Positions 1-13,376 are shown, numbered from the stretch's first letter. The stretch: 64,000 nt of DNA from Octopus vulgaris (GCA_951406725.2 OX597829.1:33170001-33234000); one strand, 5' to 3'. Made by a program: numbers and translations. The notes: generated by a model from the letters alone, not told the origin.

Positions 1-54
1 ATAGCATCACCTGTTCAATATCCTAACATCTATTACAATTCTATTCACATTCAT

Positions 55-330
55 CTTTTCACTTGTTTAAGTCTTTCGACTGCAGCCATGCTGGGACACC
101 ACCTTGAAGATATTTAGTCGAATGAATCGACCCCAGCACTTTTTTGTTTTAAGCGCGGCATCTATTCTATCGTTCGGTTTTGACGAGCCGCTAAGTTACG
201 GGACGTAAAGACGCCAACACCGGTTGTGAAGTAGTGGTGGGATACAAACAAGACAACACATATATACAACGAGCTTCTTTCAGTTTCCGCCTACCAAATC
301 CACTCGCAAGGCTTCGGTCGGCCCAAGATA
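55..330 (-). mobile_element. tRNA-derived octopod-type SINE (OK-like), partial
   Basis: Reverse complement matches the full copy at 46706-47120 (cagcatggctgcagtc, gtaacttagcgg, ggaaactgaaagaagc). Confidence 0.75.
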
Positions 331-605
331 CCGCGCATGCTTTATTTAAAGCATACTAGATTTTAAAGTACATGTTCAACTAAATGTAAAAAAAAAAAAT
401 TTATAGAAGAAATGAAAGGGAGGAAAATCACTTCAAGCAGAGAACTCTTGTAAATAACAATATAACATCAACATCCAACAATTCTTTAGCAATGTAAAAG
501 TTCACTTTTCCACAGATATCAATACCACGAGCAATTATTTCCAATATGACCAAAAAAAATTACATCAGAATAAAACAATCACGCTGGATTCAACGTTTGT
601 CTCAT

Positions 606-660
<55 letters not shown>

Positions 661-1763
661 GCATGCACACTAATAATCTTAGATTCGATAAAATACTTCA
701 ATTGCAACAATAAACTATACTAGAGATATGTATGCACAATATACAAGACATTGCAAAATAACCATACACGAGCAAAACTGCTACTATACTAACTACTATA
801 AGACGTCTCAGCCACTTCCTGGTTGACCGATTCTAGCACGCCCGTATGTATGTTTAAAATAGACTGCCAACAAGCAACCCACTTCGGTTTGCTCGTCTCG
901 GAAAAATAAAATAAAAGCTATTCCAAGTTCCAAAAACGTTAAATAAACACCAAAATTTGTAATTCAATAGTAGGAAATTCGATAGGCTGGAGACAGCCAT
1001 GTAATGTCATGAAAACTGTAAGACTTTCATATAAAGTAGCTGACCATGCATGATTCAGATTAGAAATGATCCTAATTTGAGGAAATTAAATGTAATTATA
1101 TAGAACAAGGTCATTTTATGAAAGGGGGATGATGTATATACGAATTAATTGACAACAACATATGACTGGTACATAATTTGTTTGGTCCCTGTGTATAACA
1201 GGACGATAAGAAATCTTGCAAAGAAATTGTTAAATATATAATGGTTTAAATATAATTTTAGCCTTGAAGCCAATACTTTTAAAGTCTCGTTAATACACAT
1301 ATATATTCATTATCATATACCTAACTGAAAAAGTGTTTTTAAGCATAAATAATAAGAAGAAGCAGAAATAAAAACAGATCTGGGATGAGATTTTGCTTTA
1401 TTTCCTTACAGGCTTAAGTTAAACACGCAATTTATATTGTGTAAGCATGCAATAATTGCATTGTATATCTGGGTGTGTGTGCACTATGAATAATAAAATA
1501 TAAATATAACTTGAGAAACATCGACGGAATAATAAAAGTGAACCATAGCGTGCGATCGAAAGCAACAGTTTATTTTTAAGCTGTTGGTTAAGTAAGAGAG
1601 AATATATAGCAGCAGCTAGGAAGGAACTGGTGCAAAATAAAACAAAAATGGAACGAGAAGGAAACGACTGAAAAATCACATTCTACATTGAAGTTTTGAA
1701 TTAATGCTGATATAAAACTTGTGTGTGTGTGCATGCGTGTATGCGTGAGTGTGTGTATGTATG

Positions 1764-1794
<31 letters not shown>

Positions 1795-4117
1795 GTATGT
1801 ATATATATATACATGCTCACTTAAGGATGCCAGGAGTGCATGTGCTAATATTTATTTCGTGTACGCACACGGAAATAACAAAATTCGGTACAAGGGGGAA
1901 ATTTTGAACTTTACTACATAAATAGGATAGTTGATTCATTATAATCAAATCAACGAAATTACAACAAGCTGGCCGAGCAAGTAATTCTGGCCAACGTCAT
2001 TGCACTTCATTTTAGATGCAAAGATGGAATATCGTTGACTAAATAAATGATGCTAAAGTGAAACATTTTAAAGAAAAACAACAGAAACACGGATTTTTAA
2101 GGCCCAGATCAGGGGGAAAATTGGGGGTTAATCACAAATTAATTTTAAGGAGTAATATTAGCAGCAGCAGCGAACGGCTGTTTGTATATTAAATACAAGG
2201 AAACTGAAGAAGCCAGATGGACTGATATTAGGATGATAATAATATACTAGCAGAGTAAACTAGGAGAATGGTTGCTCGCTGCACTACTGATCCCAGGATA
2301 CACAGTAGACGAAAAATATATCTGCATAATATTTATTGAAAAAGACTGTGTGCACACACACACATATATATATATATATAGGATTGAATGCGTGCTTATG
2401 TACACGCATTACGAATACAGAAAATATGCTCCGTACGCGACATAGTAATTTCTCCTTTAATATATGTGCTGCAACTAAATAGTCAGCAAGAATGTAAATA
2501 TTACACCATATATATAAATAAATAAAAACGAACATAGAACATATTCAGACATAATATATCCAGTACAGAAATACATGAGCTGTAAAGGTATAGGATTATG
2601 CAAACATAGTGGGAACAAAAAATTAAAAGTGCTAGTAAAATTTCTTACCTGGAATGCATACGACTGGATATATTTTATATATATATATATAGATAGATAG
2701 ATAGGTAGATATATATATATTTAAAATATATATATATACTTATATGTGTGTGTGTATGTATGGGCAATATATGGTTTTGTATATAGATATATTAGTATAT
2801 ATAGAAATATTTTTATAAACGGAAATTATTTAGCTGTATATAGAAGCAAACATATATAATTTGTAAATATGTGTGATTTATATATTTAGAAAATATATAT
2901 TTATATATATATATACATATATTTATATATATATATATACATATATATATATTTATATATATATATATATATATTAATGGTTAGGTTAGGTCTGTAAGTA
3001 AATACATCTTAGATAGTACGCATGATCATCAATGTTAGGCAGCTGTGTGTATGTATGAACGTCGGTGTTGTGTGCTAGTATGTGCGCGTATGTAATGCAC
3101 TATCGCTGAATGGCGCGTGTCTAAGAGATGAAACAGCAATTGAGATTATTAACTACTACTACTACTATCTGCTACCTTCCTCTCCTTCTACACCTAACAC
3201 TTTTAGTCTATTTGATTTGTTTGGTTTTGCTATTTGTGCTGATGATATTTCTTTTACTTTCTTTTTGTTTTGTTTGTAGTTCTTTACATTTTTCACTTTA
3301 CTTTTTTTGTTATTCCCCCTCTTTCTTCTACTCTTATTATTGTTATTATTACAATTATTATTATTACTACTATTATTATTATTATTATTACTATTATCAC
3401 TACACTTCACTTCACTTGAACTGAAAGGAGCGGCGTTCGCTTTACGTTACGGATACACAGTGAGAGAAACCTCCTTAGAAATTGCAATAGTTTCTTTTTC
3501 TGAATACTGTAAATAATTGACACTACAAGCTGTATAAGAAATGTTTCTCAAAACGATATAACAAAAATATATTATATGAAAATGGCATAAAATACAGCCG
3601 CTTCCCGCCATCTTTGTAACTATCGCCTTTTTACCGCGCATGTCATAAAAAAAAACCGGCGCCAAATCTGAAATTCAACATAAGACGCAGTTTCGCAGAT
3701 TGAATCCTTTTCGACACCTAAAACTATAGAACCGATATAAATTTAAATATAATAAAGCTTTGCTGTGAGTTAAATAAGAATGTAAGCACATTCTTTCTAT
3801 GCTATTGATGTACCACCTATGAAGATGATATTTTATTTAGAGTGAAATACTTTTAGAACTGTTACATATACTGTTTCTGTCAGAGATTGAAAACTAACTT
3901 AATATATGAATATTGTAATCATACGCTCTAGGCGGTGGATTTTCAAAATCGTTAGAATGTTGGTCAAGATACCTGTATAGTCTTTAGGTGTAGCTCTTTA
4001 CGTTCTAAATTCTAATCCCGCTGAGGTAAACTCTACAGTCCCACATGCGATTTATTTTCTCATACTTTTCAGGAAAATTAATATTTTACAATGAAGTTTA
4101 TTTTTACAAATATCTCA

Positions 4118-4216
4118 GGGTAGAGGTAAAGAATACGTACACCACCTGTTATAGGCGTAACAAAAACTCTAATCCTAACCCTAACCACCGGGTGTACGTA
4201 TTCTTTACCTTCGCCG
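4118..4216. mobile_element. ~95-bp MITE with TIR aggtaaagaatacg
   Basis: aggtaaagaatacgtacacc ... ggtgtacgtattctttacct; related copy at ~44077-44162. Confidence 0.65.
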
Positions 4217-4498
4217 TCTTTCAGATGGTGTAGATTTTGATTAATCGAAATGGTGCAAAATATTTTCGGAGTGAGAAGAGTTTCGGATAATTCACATGAA
4301 TCGACTTTGTTTCCCCATAACTTTAAGAAAAATAGGTATTTTTAAATGAAATTCCATATGAATACTTTTCAGATTTTGTAGATAAATATATAGAAATTTA
4401 ATGAAAAGTTGGTAGGCGCGCACACAAATACACTGACTGACGTCACAATTTTTTCCCGTTTCATTTTGTACTGGCTTAAGTGCGTACTTTTAAAGTAA

Positions 4499-4525
4499 CT
4501 CCTGAAGAGGGCCAAAACAATAGAG
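4499..4525 (+). ncRNA. decayed minimal hammerhead-like motif
   Basis: ctc CTGAAGA gg-g-cc AAAAC aata gag; stem I ctc/gag, GAAA mutated, stem II collapsed. Confidence 0.3.
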
Positions 4526-4552
4526 AGAAACAATAAAGCATTTATTGGTATC

Positions 4553-5090
4553 CTACGATCTTAGATTTATATCACATTTGGAGAATTTTGCATCACTGTA
4601 AAGCAGAAGGATAAACAATATTCTTAGTTTTACCATTTGGTGTGAGTATGCTTCATACTCACACCAACTGACATTTCCAACTCTGGAACAACCAACATAG
4701 AGCTGACCATAGGAAAAGCACTGCTGCATGAGGTGAAGTCCAAAAATTTTGAGTGATTGTCCTTGACTCTTGTTAATTGACATTACAAAACTAACTCTCA
4801 CTGGAAATTGAAGTCTCTTGAATTCAAAGGGCATGTCTGTTGGAATCAGTGGAATTCTTGAAATAAGCACATTTTCTCCTTTTCCTTGTCCATGAAGATT
4901 TTTGCTTCCAAAAGATGTGGATGCATTTACCTGACTATCAGTTTTATTCCATTGCACAGCTTTGGGGAATCCAGATTTCTCAAAAGCATGCTTGGAACTC
5001 CTTTCTTCAATGTCAGTTTGTAAGAGGGCATTCCAGGAGGATCTAAAGTGTTAAGAAACTCAGTATTTATTATCATAGCAGATATATATA
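4553..5090 (-). pseudogene. Helitron Rep/Hel PIF1-type helicase C-terminal fragment (frameshifted)
   Basis: [35 protein letters not shown] and RIPLIPTDMPFEFKRLQFPVRVSFVMSINKSQGQSL..GQLYVGCSRV. Confidence 0.85.
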
Positions 5091-5099
5091 TATATATAC

Positions 5100-5463
5100 A
5101 AGTAAGCGAACCATCCGATCGTGGCCGTTGCCAGCGCCGCCCCGATTGGGCTCCGTGCCGGTGGCACGTAAAAACCACCATCCGTTTGTGGCCGTTGCCA
5201 GCCTCGCCTGGCCCCCGTGCCGGTGGCACGTAGCACCATCCGTTCGTGGCCGTTTGCCAGCTCCGTCTGGCATCTGTGCGGGTGGCACGTAAAAAGCACC
5301 CACTACACTCACGAAGTGGTTGGCGTTAGGAAGGGCATCCAGCTGTAGAAACACTGCCAAATCTGACTGGGCCTGATGCAGCCTTCTGGCTTCACAGACC
5401 CCAGTTGAACCGTCCAACCTATGCTAGCATGGAAAGCGGACACTAAATGATGATGATGATGAT
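5100..5463 (+). mobile_element. solo RTE 3'UTR/tail (5'-truncated LINE or RTE-tailed SINE)
   Basis: Matches 8040-8373; ends in (gat)n. Confidence 0.85.
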
Positions 5464-5519
5464 ATATATATATCATCATCATCATCATGTGTGTGTGTGT
5501 GTGTATATTGGTAGTTAGT

Positions 5520-8373
5520 GACGACCAATATGGAGAAGAAGGATCTGGAAGCTTAAAGATCCTGCAAATGGACAGAGATTTAGGGACATATTACTTGAAG
5601 CCTCTGACGAAGTAGAAGGGGGTAGAAGACAGCTGGACGTTTCTAAGGGACAACCTGCTGAGAGCCACTGACCAGATCTGTGGCTGGTGCAAAGTCCCCT
5701 CTCGACCTAGAATAACGTGGTGGTGGAACAATATTGTAGACAGGGCTGTTAGAGAAAAGAGACAGGCTTGGAAGGTCTGGAAAAATGAGGGTACCAGGGA
5801 ATTGTATCAGACTGCCAAAAGAGAAGCTAGGAGACCGGTTTATTTAGCCAGAGGGGAAGCAGATAAGAAAAAATTTGCCAATGTTCTGCGCCGTGAGGAC
5901 CAAAGACTGGAGGTGTTTCGCGTTGCAAGACAGTGTGTGAGAGATAATCGTGATGTGGTAGGAGAGAAGTGTGTTCGCATGGAAGATGGTTCACTTGCGC
6001 TAAATGAGGTTGCAAAGAGAGAGGTTTGGAGATGCCACTATGAAAGGTTGCTGAATAAAGAAAATGAATGGGATAAAGAGAGTCTGCCGAATGTTGACCC
6101 AACAGAGGGACCAGCTATCCGAGTTGATAGTTCCGTGGTAGCTAAGGCAATTAAAGCATGAAGACAGGGAAAGCCCCAGGCCCATCAGGAATCACTGCAG
6201 AGATGCTCAAAATGTCTGGTAGTGTCGGCTATAGCCTAGTAACCCATATAGTTAATCAGGTGATACACGAAGGAGTCATACCCAATGACTGGCGTAGCAG
6301 CATAATAGTCAACTGCTACAAAGGTAAAGGTGACGCCCTAGATACGAATAACTACAGAGGTATCAAGCTGTTGGATCAGGTGATGAAGGTTACAGAGAGG
6401 GTCATAGCCCAACTAATTAGAGAGAGAGTTAGTTTAGATGAGATGCAGTTTGGGTTTGTGCCAGGGAAAAGTACTACTGATGCTATATTCCTGGTAAGGC
6501 AGCTGCAGGAGAAATACCTAGCCAAAGATAAGCCCCTGTACCTGGCTTTTGTTGACATGGAGAAAGCCTTCGACAGGGTCCCCCGATCCCTTATCTGGTG
6601 GGCAATGAGGAAACTAGGGATAGATGAATGGTTAGTGAGAGCTGTGCGGGCCATGTATAGGGACGCTGCTAGTAGGGTGAGGGTTGGAAACGAGTACAGT
6701 GAAGAATTCTGGGTAGAGGTAGGGGTCCACCAAGGCTCAGTACTCAGCCCCCTCCTATTTATCATAGTCCTCCAGGCAATAACGGAGGAATTCAAGACAG
6801 GATGCCCTTGGGAGCTCCTCTATGCTGATGACCTTGCTCTAATTGCTGAGTCTCTATCAGAACTGGAGGAGAAGTTTCAGGTGTGGAAACAAGGATTAGA
6901 ATCGAAGGGCCTCAGAGTCAATCTAGCTAAAACCAAAGTCCTAATAAGTAGGAAGGTTGACCAATCACAAACGACTTCAGGTAGATGGCCCTGCTTGATC
7001 TGTAGAAAAGGTGTAGGTAGAAACTCTATAAGGTGCACCAAGTGTAAGCTATGGACACATAAGAGGTGCAGCAATGTCAAAGGAAGGCTAACTAGGAAGA
7101 TGGTTTTTGTATGTGGCAGATGCTCAGGAGCAATAAACACTGAAAATGCTCTGAGACCAACTTCCGTCACTTTCCAGGGAGAAAAACTAGAAATAGTTGA
7201 TAGTTTCCGTTACCTAGGTGACCAAGTCAGCAGTGGGGGCGGGTGTGCTGAAAGTGTAACTGCTAGAGTAAGAATAGCTTGGGCAAAGTTCAGAGAGCTC
7301 TTACCTCTGCTGGTGACAAAAGGCCTCTCGCACAGAGTGAAAGGCAGACTGTATGATGCGTGTGTACGAACAGCCATGCTACATGGCAGTGAAACATGGG
7401 CCGTGACTGCTGAGGATATGCGTAAGCTCACAAGAAATGAAGCCAGTATGCTCCGATGGATGTGTAATGTCAGTACTCATACTCGGCAGAGTGTAAGTAC
7501 CTTGAGAGACAAGCTGGACCTAAGAAGCATCAGTTGTGGTGTGCAAGAGAGACGTTTGCGCTGGTATGGTCATGTGGCGAGAATGGATGAAGATAGTTGT
7601 GTGAAAAAGTGCCACACCCTAGCGGTTGAGGGAACCTGTGGAAAAGGCAGACCCAGGAAAACCTGGGACGAGGTGGTGAAGCACGACCTTCGAACTTTAG
7701 GTCTCACTGAGGAAATGACTAGAGACCGAGTCCTCTGGAAGTGTGCTGTGCGCGAGAAGACCCGGCAGGACAAGTGAGTCCATAACCTGTGGCCTTCTAC
7801 ATGGGATGGAGCCAGCCTACGTATGCATACCTTCCCTTCTTGGGACACAAATCTCTACTTGTGAAGACCTGTTGAGGCAAGTGAGGATCAGAATCGAAAT
7901 CGATCAATGGAAATTGCAGATGTGTTACCAGTGCCGGTGGCATGTCGAAACTCTACTTGTGAAGACCCGTTGAGGCAAGTGAGGATCAGAATCGAAATCG
8001 ATCAATGGAAATTGCAGATGTGTTACCAGTGCCGGTGGCATGTAAGAGAACCTTCCGTTTCGCGACCGTTGCCAGCACCGCCCCGTTTCGTGTCCGTTGC
8101 CAGCCTCACCTGGCCCTCGTGCCGGTGGCACACAAAATGCACCATCCGTTCGTGGCCGTTTGCCAGCTCTGTCTGGCACCTGTGCGGGTGGCACATAAAA
8201 AGCACCCACTACACTCTCGGAGTGGTTGGCGTTAGGAAGGGCATCCAGCCATAGAAACACTGCCAGATTTGACTGGGCCTGATGAAGCCTTCTGGCTTCA
8301 TAGACCCCAGTAGAACCGTCCAACCCATGCTAGCATGGAAAACGAACGCTAAACGATGATGATGATGATGATG
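5520..8373 (+). mobile_element. RTE-clade LINE, 5'-truncated
   Basis: RT ORF, 3'UTR with subrepeats and an ~95-bp tandem duplication (7853-7945/7950-8043), (gat)n tail. Confidence 0.95.
6158..7777 (+). CDS. RTE LINE reverse transcriptase with PHD-like Cys/His insert (continues upstream in 5802-6161 across a frameshift)
   Basis: KAPGPSGI, NYRGIKLL, QFGFVPG, FVDMEKAFD, GVHQGSVLSPLLF, YADD, FRYLG, RLRWYGHV, GRPRKTW. Confidence 0.92.
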   Translation: MKTGKAPGPSGITAEMLKMSGSVGYSLVTHIVNQVIHEGVIPNDWRSSIIVNCYKGKGDALDTNNYRGIKLLDQVMKVTERVIAQLIRERVSLDEMQFGFVPGKSTTDAIFLVRQLQEKYLAKDKPLYLAFVDMEKAFDRVPRSLIWWAMRKLGIDEWLVRAVRAMYRDAASRVRVGNEYSEEFWVEVGVHQGSVLSPLLFIIVLQAITEEFKTGCPWELLYADDLALIAESLSELEEKFQVWKQGLESKGLRVNLAKTKVLISRKVDQSQTTSGRWPCLICRKGVGRNSIRCTKCKLWTHKRCSNVKGRLTRKMVFVCGRCSGAINTENALRPTSVTFQGEKLEIVDSFRYLGDQVSSGGGCAESVTARVRIAWAKFRELLPLLVTKGLSHRVKGRLYDACVRTAMLHGSETWAVTAEDMRKLTRNEASMLRWMCNVSTHTRQSVSTLRDKLDLRSISCGVQERRLRWYGHVARMDEDSCVKKCHTLAVEGTCGKGRPRKTWDEVVKHDLRTLGLTEEMTRDRVLWKCAVREKTRQDK

Positions 8374-9589
8374 AAATAGATATATTGTAGCTTTGTGTCT
8401 GAGTTTGTCCTCCACTACTACTTGATAACTAGTACTGATGTGTTTTCACTGACATGACTTAGCAGTTCAGTAAAAGAAGCCATTAAAAAAAAGTACCAGG
8501 CATAAAAAAGAAAGAACTGGTATCGATTTGTTCAATTAAAATTCTTTGAGGTGTTGACCCAGTGTGGTCGTAGTGTGATGACTGAAAAGGTATAACCACT
8601 AAATTCCATAACTCTTGTTCACCTATCTCAGTAATACTGTGACATGGAATCTCTCGCAGTCACTTTACCTGCTAGAAATAGCTTGGAATTCAAAAGACTT
8701 CAATTTCCAGTACGAATTAGTTTTGTAATGTCAAATGCTTTTAAATCAAATCCTAATGCTGGTTGTTCAAGAACCAAATGAAGGGCTGATTTTCAATCCT
8801 AGGATCGTCCTGATTCCAAAGAGATATAATATGTCTATGAAGAGCAAATGCAGACTGAGATACATGGGTCCCTGATGAACAGACAGAATTTCACTTTTAT
8901 TAATTAGATATGTGTATGTCAGTGTGCATGTTTTTTATATATTTTTCTTCGTTAAATTTCAATATAATCTTAATGTACACCATCTGCAAAGTATTTGTTG
9001 AAATTTCATTCAAAATAGCCATTTTCTGAAAGTTATAAAGAAACAAAATTGGTGGGTGGGGCACTTGTGTAGGTATGTGACTGCCTTTCATCCAGGAGTC
9101 AGTGAAATAGCCTGTCAAGTACTTTTATTGATTTATGAAGCATCATTGATGTTAATGGAATTATAATCTAAGATTAAATCTCAAAACATGATCTTAATGA
9201 AAAGTATCAACTGAACATGTGTCCAGTAGTTTGAGCTCCAAAATAGAAACTTTTTGAACCTGAAAATAAATGGACTGATTCCTTGATTCCCTGATCTTGT
9301 ATGAAGGAATCAGACAGATTGTTTTCAATTTTGAAAACTTTCTATTTCAGAGCCTAAATGGCAGGATATCTAAACAAACTACAATATCTTATCTCAGAAA
9401 GTTTAGACATTTCTTTGTCTCCAGAAGAGAATATCATCTCTTTGATTACAGAAAAGAACATTTAACAATTTCAGTTATTTTTCTCTCATTAGCATTTTTT
9501 GTTGAAAAAAGGTTGAGTAGGGTTCAATCAGGCATATTACTATAATTTAACCCCACCGAACATTTTTCAACATACACACACACATAAAA

Positions 9590-10070
9590 CAAGTGAGAAC
9601 GGAGTCTTTGGTCTTATATTTATTCCACAGTTTACAATAATGTATAGGTGACAAATCATATAGCATGAAGACATAGAAAAGAACAATGATACTGTCATAT
9701 CAATTATGCAGTACATATTATATAATCCTTGACCCTCAGTCATTTAGCCAAAATACTCGTGTATATATGAATACAATTACAGGGTGGATGAGTTTAGTTA
9801 TAAAAGCATATCTTGATGACTTGCTGGGTGATCGTTGATTCAAGAAGGAAGAGTTAATGTTAAGTGTCAATGAAGAAGTAATAGATTGAGAGTTTAATTG
9901 TATTTCTAAGACACTAGAGGTAACAAATAAATTATGATTTGATTGAGACCACTTATTTCAAACAAGATTTCAGCTGTCAAGAGTGAGGCTTTGATAAAAT
10001 TAAGAAAGAGTGTCGGACCAAATATAATGAGAAATAACCGATGTCATATATAGATATGTCCATAATTACA
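9590..10070 (-). mobile_element. strongly decayed PLE 3' end with hammerhead remnant (9685-9744)
   Basis: Minus strand aatga CTGAGGG tcaa..ttga tatgaca GTA tcatt (5-bp stem I retained, GAAA lost). Confidence 0.3.
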
Positions 10071-10195
10071 AAATATACATTTCATGGCGGTGCTCCAGCA
10101 TGACCGCAGCCATATGGCTGAAATGAATAAAAGAGTATTATATGAAATGTATATGCGCATACACACCTGTCTTTCTGTCTGTCTCTCTCTCTTTT

Positions 10196-10246
<51 letters not shown>

Positions 10247-10305
10247 GGGAGTAAATCCAAACTTACAGGGAAAAATTAGATTTAGGATTAAATCTAATTT
10301 TATAG

Positions 10306-10341
<36 letters not shown>

Positions 10342-10417
10342 TAAATTAGAGATAAAACCACTCTTAGGCAAATCAAACAGTGAAAATCATAAACCAATAC
10401 ATAGAAATAAGATTAAT

Positions 10418-10450
<33 letters not shown>

Positions 10451-10459
10451 TATATATAT

Positions 10460-12540
10460 ATGGGGAAAAATTCACAAAAAAACAAAAGGTGAAGATAGGT
10501 GATTTTGACAAACATGTATTAGTTTAACACTCAGGAAGTGAAAAAGTCTTTAATGTTTTGAGCCTACGCTCTTCCACAGAAAGAAACAAGGAGAGAAAAT
10601 AAAAAATGTGTAGTGGCTAAGGATCTATCATGGCTAATGCTGGACAGAGAGGTCACACTGGAGAACTAGGAAGAAGGGGAGATAATAAAGTAGTGGTGAT
10701 CCCAAAATGAAGGTGCGTGTGTATAAGAGAGTATGTATGTGTGTGTGGAAGAGTGCTGGTGACCAAGATGTATGTGTAGGTGTGTGGATGTGGGGCTGGG
10801 AAGTGGTCAGTGCTAGTGTGTGTGTGGTGTTGTGATGTGGTATGGTGTGTAGTGTGGTGTGATGGTGTTGGGAGGTGGGGTATGTGGGTAGGCTGAGGGT
10901 GAGGGTAGAAGTGGGAGTGGGTGTAAGGGGGCGATGGGATGGATAGGAAAGGTGGGGTTGGATTGTGTAGGGCTGGAATGGGGTTACAAGGGAAGGGAGA
11001 AGGTGGGTAGGAGAGAAGATGTAGGAGTCAGAGCAAGAGAGGAGAGGTGGGTAGAAGGAAGTAGGTGTAAGGGGGAGAGAAGAGGAGACTTGAGCCTATG
11101 TGGTGCAAAGGAAGAAAGAGAAGATTAATCCCTGTTCATGGCACAAATGGGAGTTAGGATGGCCCCTGTGCAAGGACAATCCGAACACAGACAGGTGTTG
11201 CAAAGAGTGACCGGTAGAGCAGAAATGGCACGAGACCGGGGTGTCATTGCCGAGTCAGATGTCTTGGAAGTGTTCCGCGAACCGGTCAGCCAAGCAGTGT
11301 TCCATTTGCCCGATGAATAGAGAAGGGCAGAGAGAGCAGGAGATGCAGTAGATGACATTGGTAAAGGTGCAGGTGAAGGAGTCGGTGATATAATGGGTGC
11401 CGGTGAGGAGGGTGGTGTGGAGAGGTAAGGGCAAGTGTGGCAGCGGGGGCAGCAGCAGCAGGAGAACAAGCCAGGTTGGCAGATTGGGTTAGGGAAGAAG
11501 CTGTGGACCAAGAGGCCTCGTAGGTTGTGGGCTCGTTTGAAGGAGGGGAGGGGTCAGTTAGGGAAGATGTGTGAAGTGGAAGGATTGGACTGGAGTTGCC
11601 GGAAGGCTCAGAGAATGGTGCGTTGGAGAGGTAGGGTGGTGGGGTGGTAGTGAGGGGAAATAAGAGAAGGCGGGGTGGGTGCAGGAGGAGAGAGCAGATG
11701 CACGATCCACTCAACGTGCTCTGGCAAGTACGGTGAGGGGATATCCACGTAGGATGAAGTGGCAAGCCATGAGTTGAGACTGAGTCTCAAAGTCATGGTT
11801 GTCACTACAGAGCCTGCATAGACGAAGGAATTGGGAATAGGAGATGGAAAGCTTGGTATGTTTAGGGTGGGAGGAGGAGAAGTTGAGGTATGAGTGTGAG
11901 TTTGTGTGTTTCTAGTGGATGAAGGTGGTGAGAATGGAGTGATGAATGCTGACCGAAATGTCAAGAAAGAAGACAAAGGTGTAAGAGATAGTGCAGGAGA
12001 AGTGGAGGGCAGAATGGAAAGAGAGGAAGGAGTCTAGATGTTTGCGGGAGAGTGAGGTCGCACTGATACCTTTGTTAATATAACGGCAATATAGTTTGGG
12101 AGTGAGACCAGTGAAACTTGAGAATATTTGGGCCTCAACATAGCCAACAAACAGTTGGGGGCCCATTCTCGTTCACATGGCCACTCCCAAGACCTGCTGG
12201 TAAAAATCACCAGTGAACAAGAAGCAGTTGAGTGAAAGGACAAGTACATGCAGCCCCTTGTGGTGAGGGATCACCGTGTAAAGGCTCTGGATGTCGAGAG
12301 TGAACAGAAGTTTAGAGGAGCCAGGAAGGAAGGAGAAGAGTTGAACAAACGAAGTGTGTGGTTGGTGTCATGGATGTGAGAGGGGAGGGAGCCACTAGTG
12401 AGGCAAGGACACGGTCAAGATAAATGGAGATGAGTTCTGTGAAGCAATTGCAGGCAGAGATGATGGGGCAGCCAGGGTTGTTAGGTTTGTGGATTTTGGG
12501 GAGGAAGTAAATAGTGGGTGTGCAGATAATGAGGTTGGAG
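10460..12540 (-). mobile_element. Penelope-like element (Poseidon/Neptune-type), decayed RT + GIY-YIG + 3' pLTR
   Basis: LFVGYVEAQIF..KLYCRYIN, FLDISVS, PLFTSSPKSTN (frameshifted LPKIHK region); colinear with 35898-37800. Confidence 0.85.
10548..10583 (-). ncRNA. minimal hammerhead remnant in PLE pLTR
   Basis: cttt CTGTGGA a gagc gtag gctc AAAAC ATT aaag. Confidence 0.55.
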
Positions 12541-13100
12541 GCGGTGCCGTTTCCCCTACGTATGTCGTTGTCTTGTTACTGCATCGTCCCTCTATACATC
12601 TTATACTATAGACTACATTTCTGGCTTTACAGATTGTTTGTGGGCTAAATCTACACACAGTACAGTACCTATCCATACAGGGGGTTCTACTAAAAGGATA
12701 GGTTCTACCGATTATGGATTTGATAGGGTTGCCTGGCTTTTCAACAACCTTAATCCTTAGCTTAAGTTTGTCTAGGGTCCTTCTAAAGCGGTACGCCAGT
12801 TCACCTCTCGGAATGGTGTCAACGAACATAACACTCTGGTATTTGTGGCTATCATACCAAGAGTTGGCCATCCCTATTTTCTTCTTTGTCCTTTCCATAG
12901 TGTTCCATGACTTGCTCCTATAGAGTAGGAAAATCCCCTTCTGATCATTAGATAAGATAGTATCAAATTTCTTCATGCCTCCTTTGTATACTCTGATACT
13001 TTCTTTATGGCTGTAACCTGAGAACTGCATGCGGTGAATGAAATGTTGCATGTGTCTCTTTAACTCTTTAGGCTTGCACATGTGGGACAGATTTCACATT
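12541..13100 (-). pseudogene. second PLE family: RT thumb/linker and GIY-YIG N-terminal fragment
   Basis: RMQFSGYS, VMFVDTIPRGELA, IKVVEKPG, CxxxxCxxC, NVVYSIRC..YVGETA. Confidence 0.8.
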
Positions 13101-13101
13101 A

Positions 13102-13153
13102 TTCTGACAAGGTCTGCCATCAAAATATTGAATTTGGCCGAAATAAGATTAAG
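13102..13153 (+). ncRNA. decayed hammerhead motif
   Basis: tt CTGACAA ggtc..ggcc GAAAT aag ATT aa; inverted relative to the adjacent PLE ORF. Confidence 0.4.
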
Positions 13154-13254
13154 TTTAATGTAAAAATAAATAACACTGAAGCAAAATAACACCAAATATA
13201 TAGTGCATGTGTTTTTATTGGCTGAACTGGCAAAATGACCATTCCGAAATACAA

Positions 13255-13301
<47 letters not shown>

Positions 13302-13321
13302 TAAATATATATATATATGTT

Positions 13322-13376
<55 letters not shown>

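Noticed and set aside
798-842. Minus-strand GAGACGTC hairpin as a hammerhead
   Set aside because: Both core boxes are mismatched; indistinguishable from chance.
3128-3516. Poly-Asn/Tyr/Leu ORFs
   Set aside because: Products of an (ATT)n repeat, open in several frames.
4553-4957. Host PIF1 helicase gene
   Set aside because: Intronless, frameshifted and present as several fragments (also ~8690, 35250), as expected for Helitron debris.
6376-7431. Antisense ORFs over the RTE RT (also 22350-23709)
   Set aside because: Shadows of the sense RT frame with no independent motifs.
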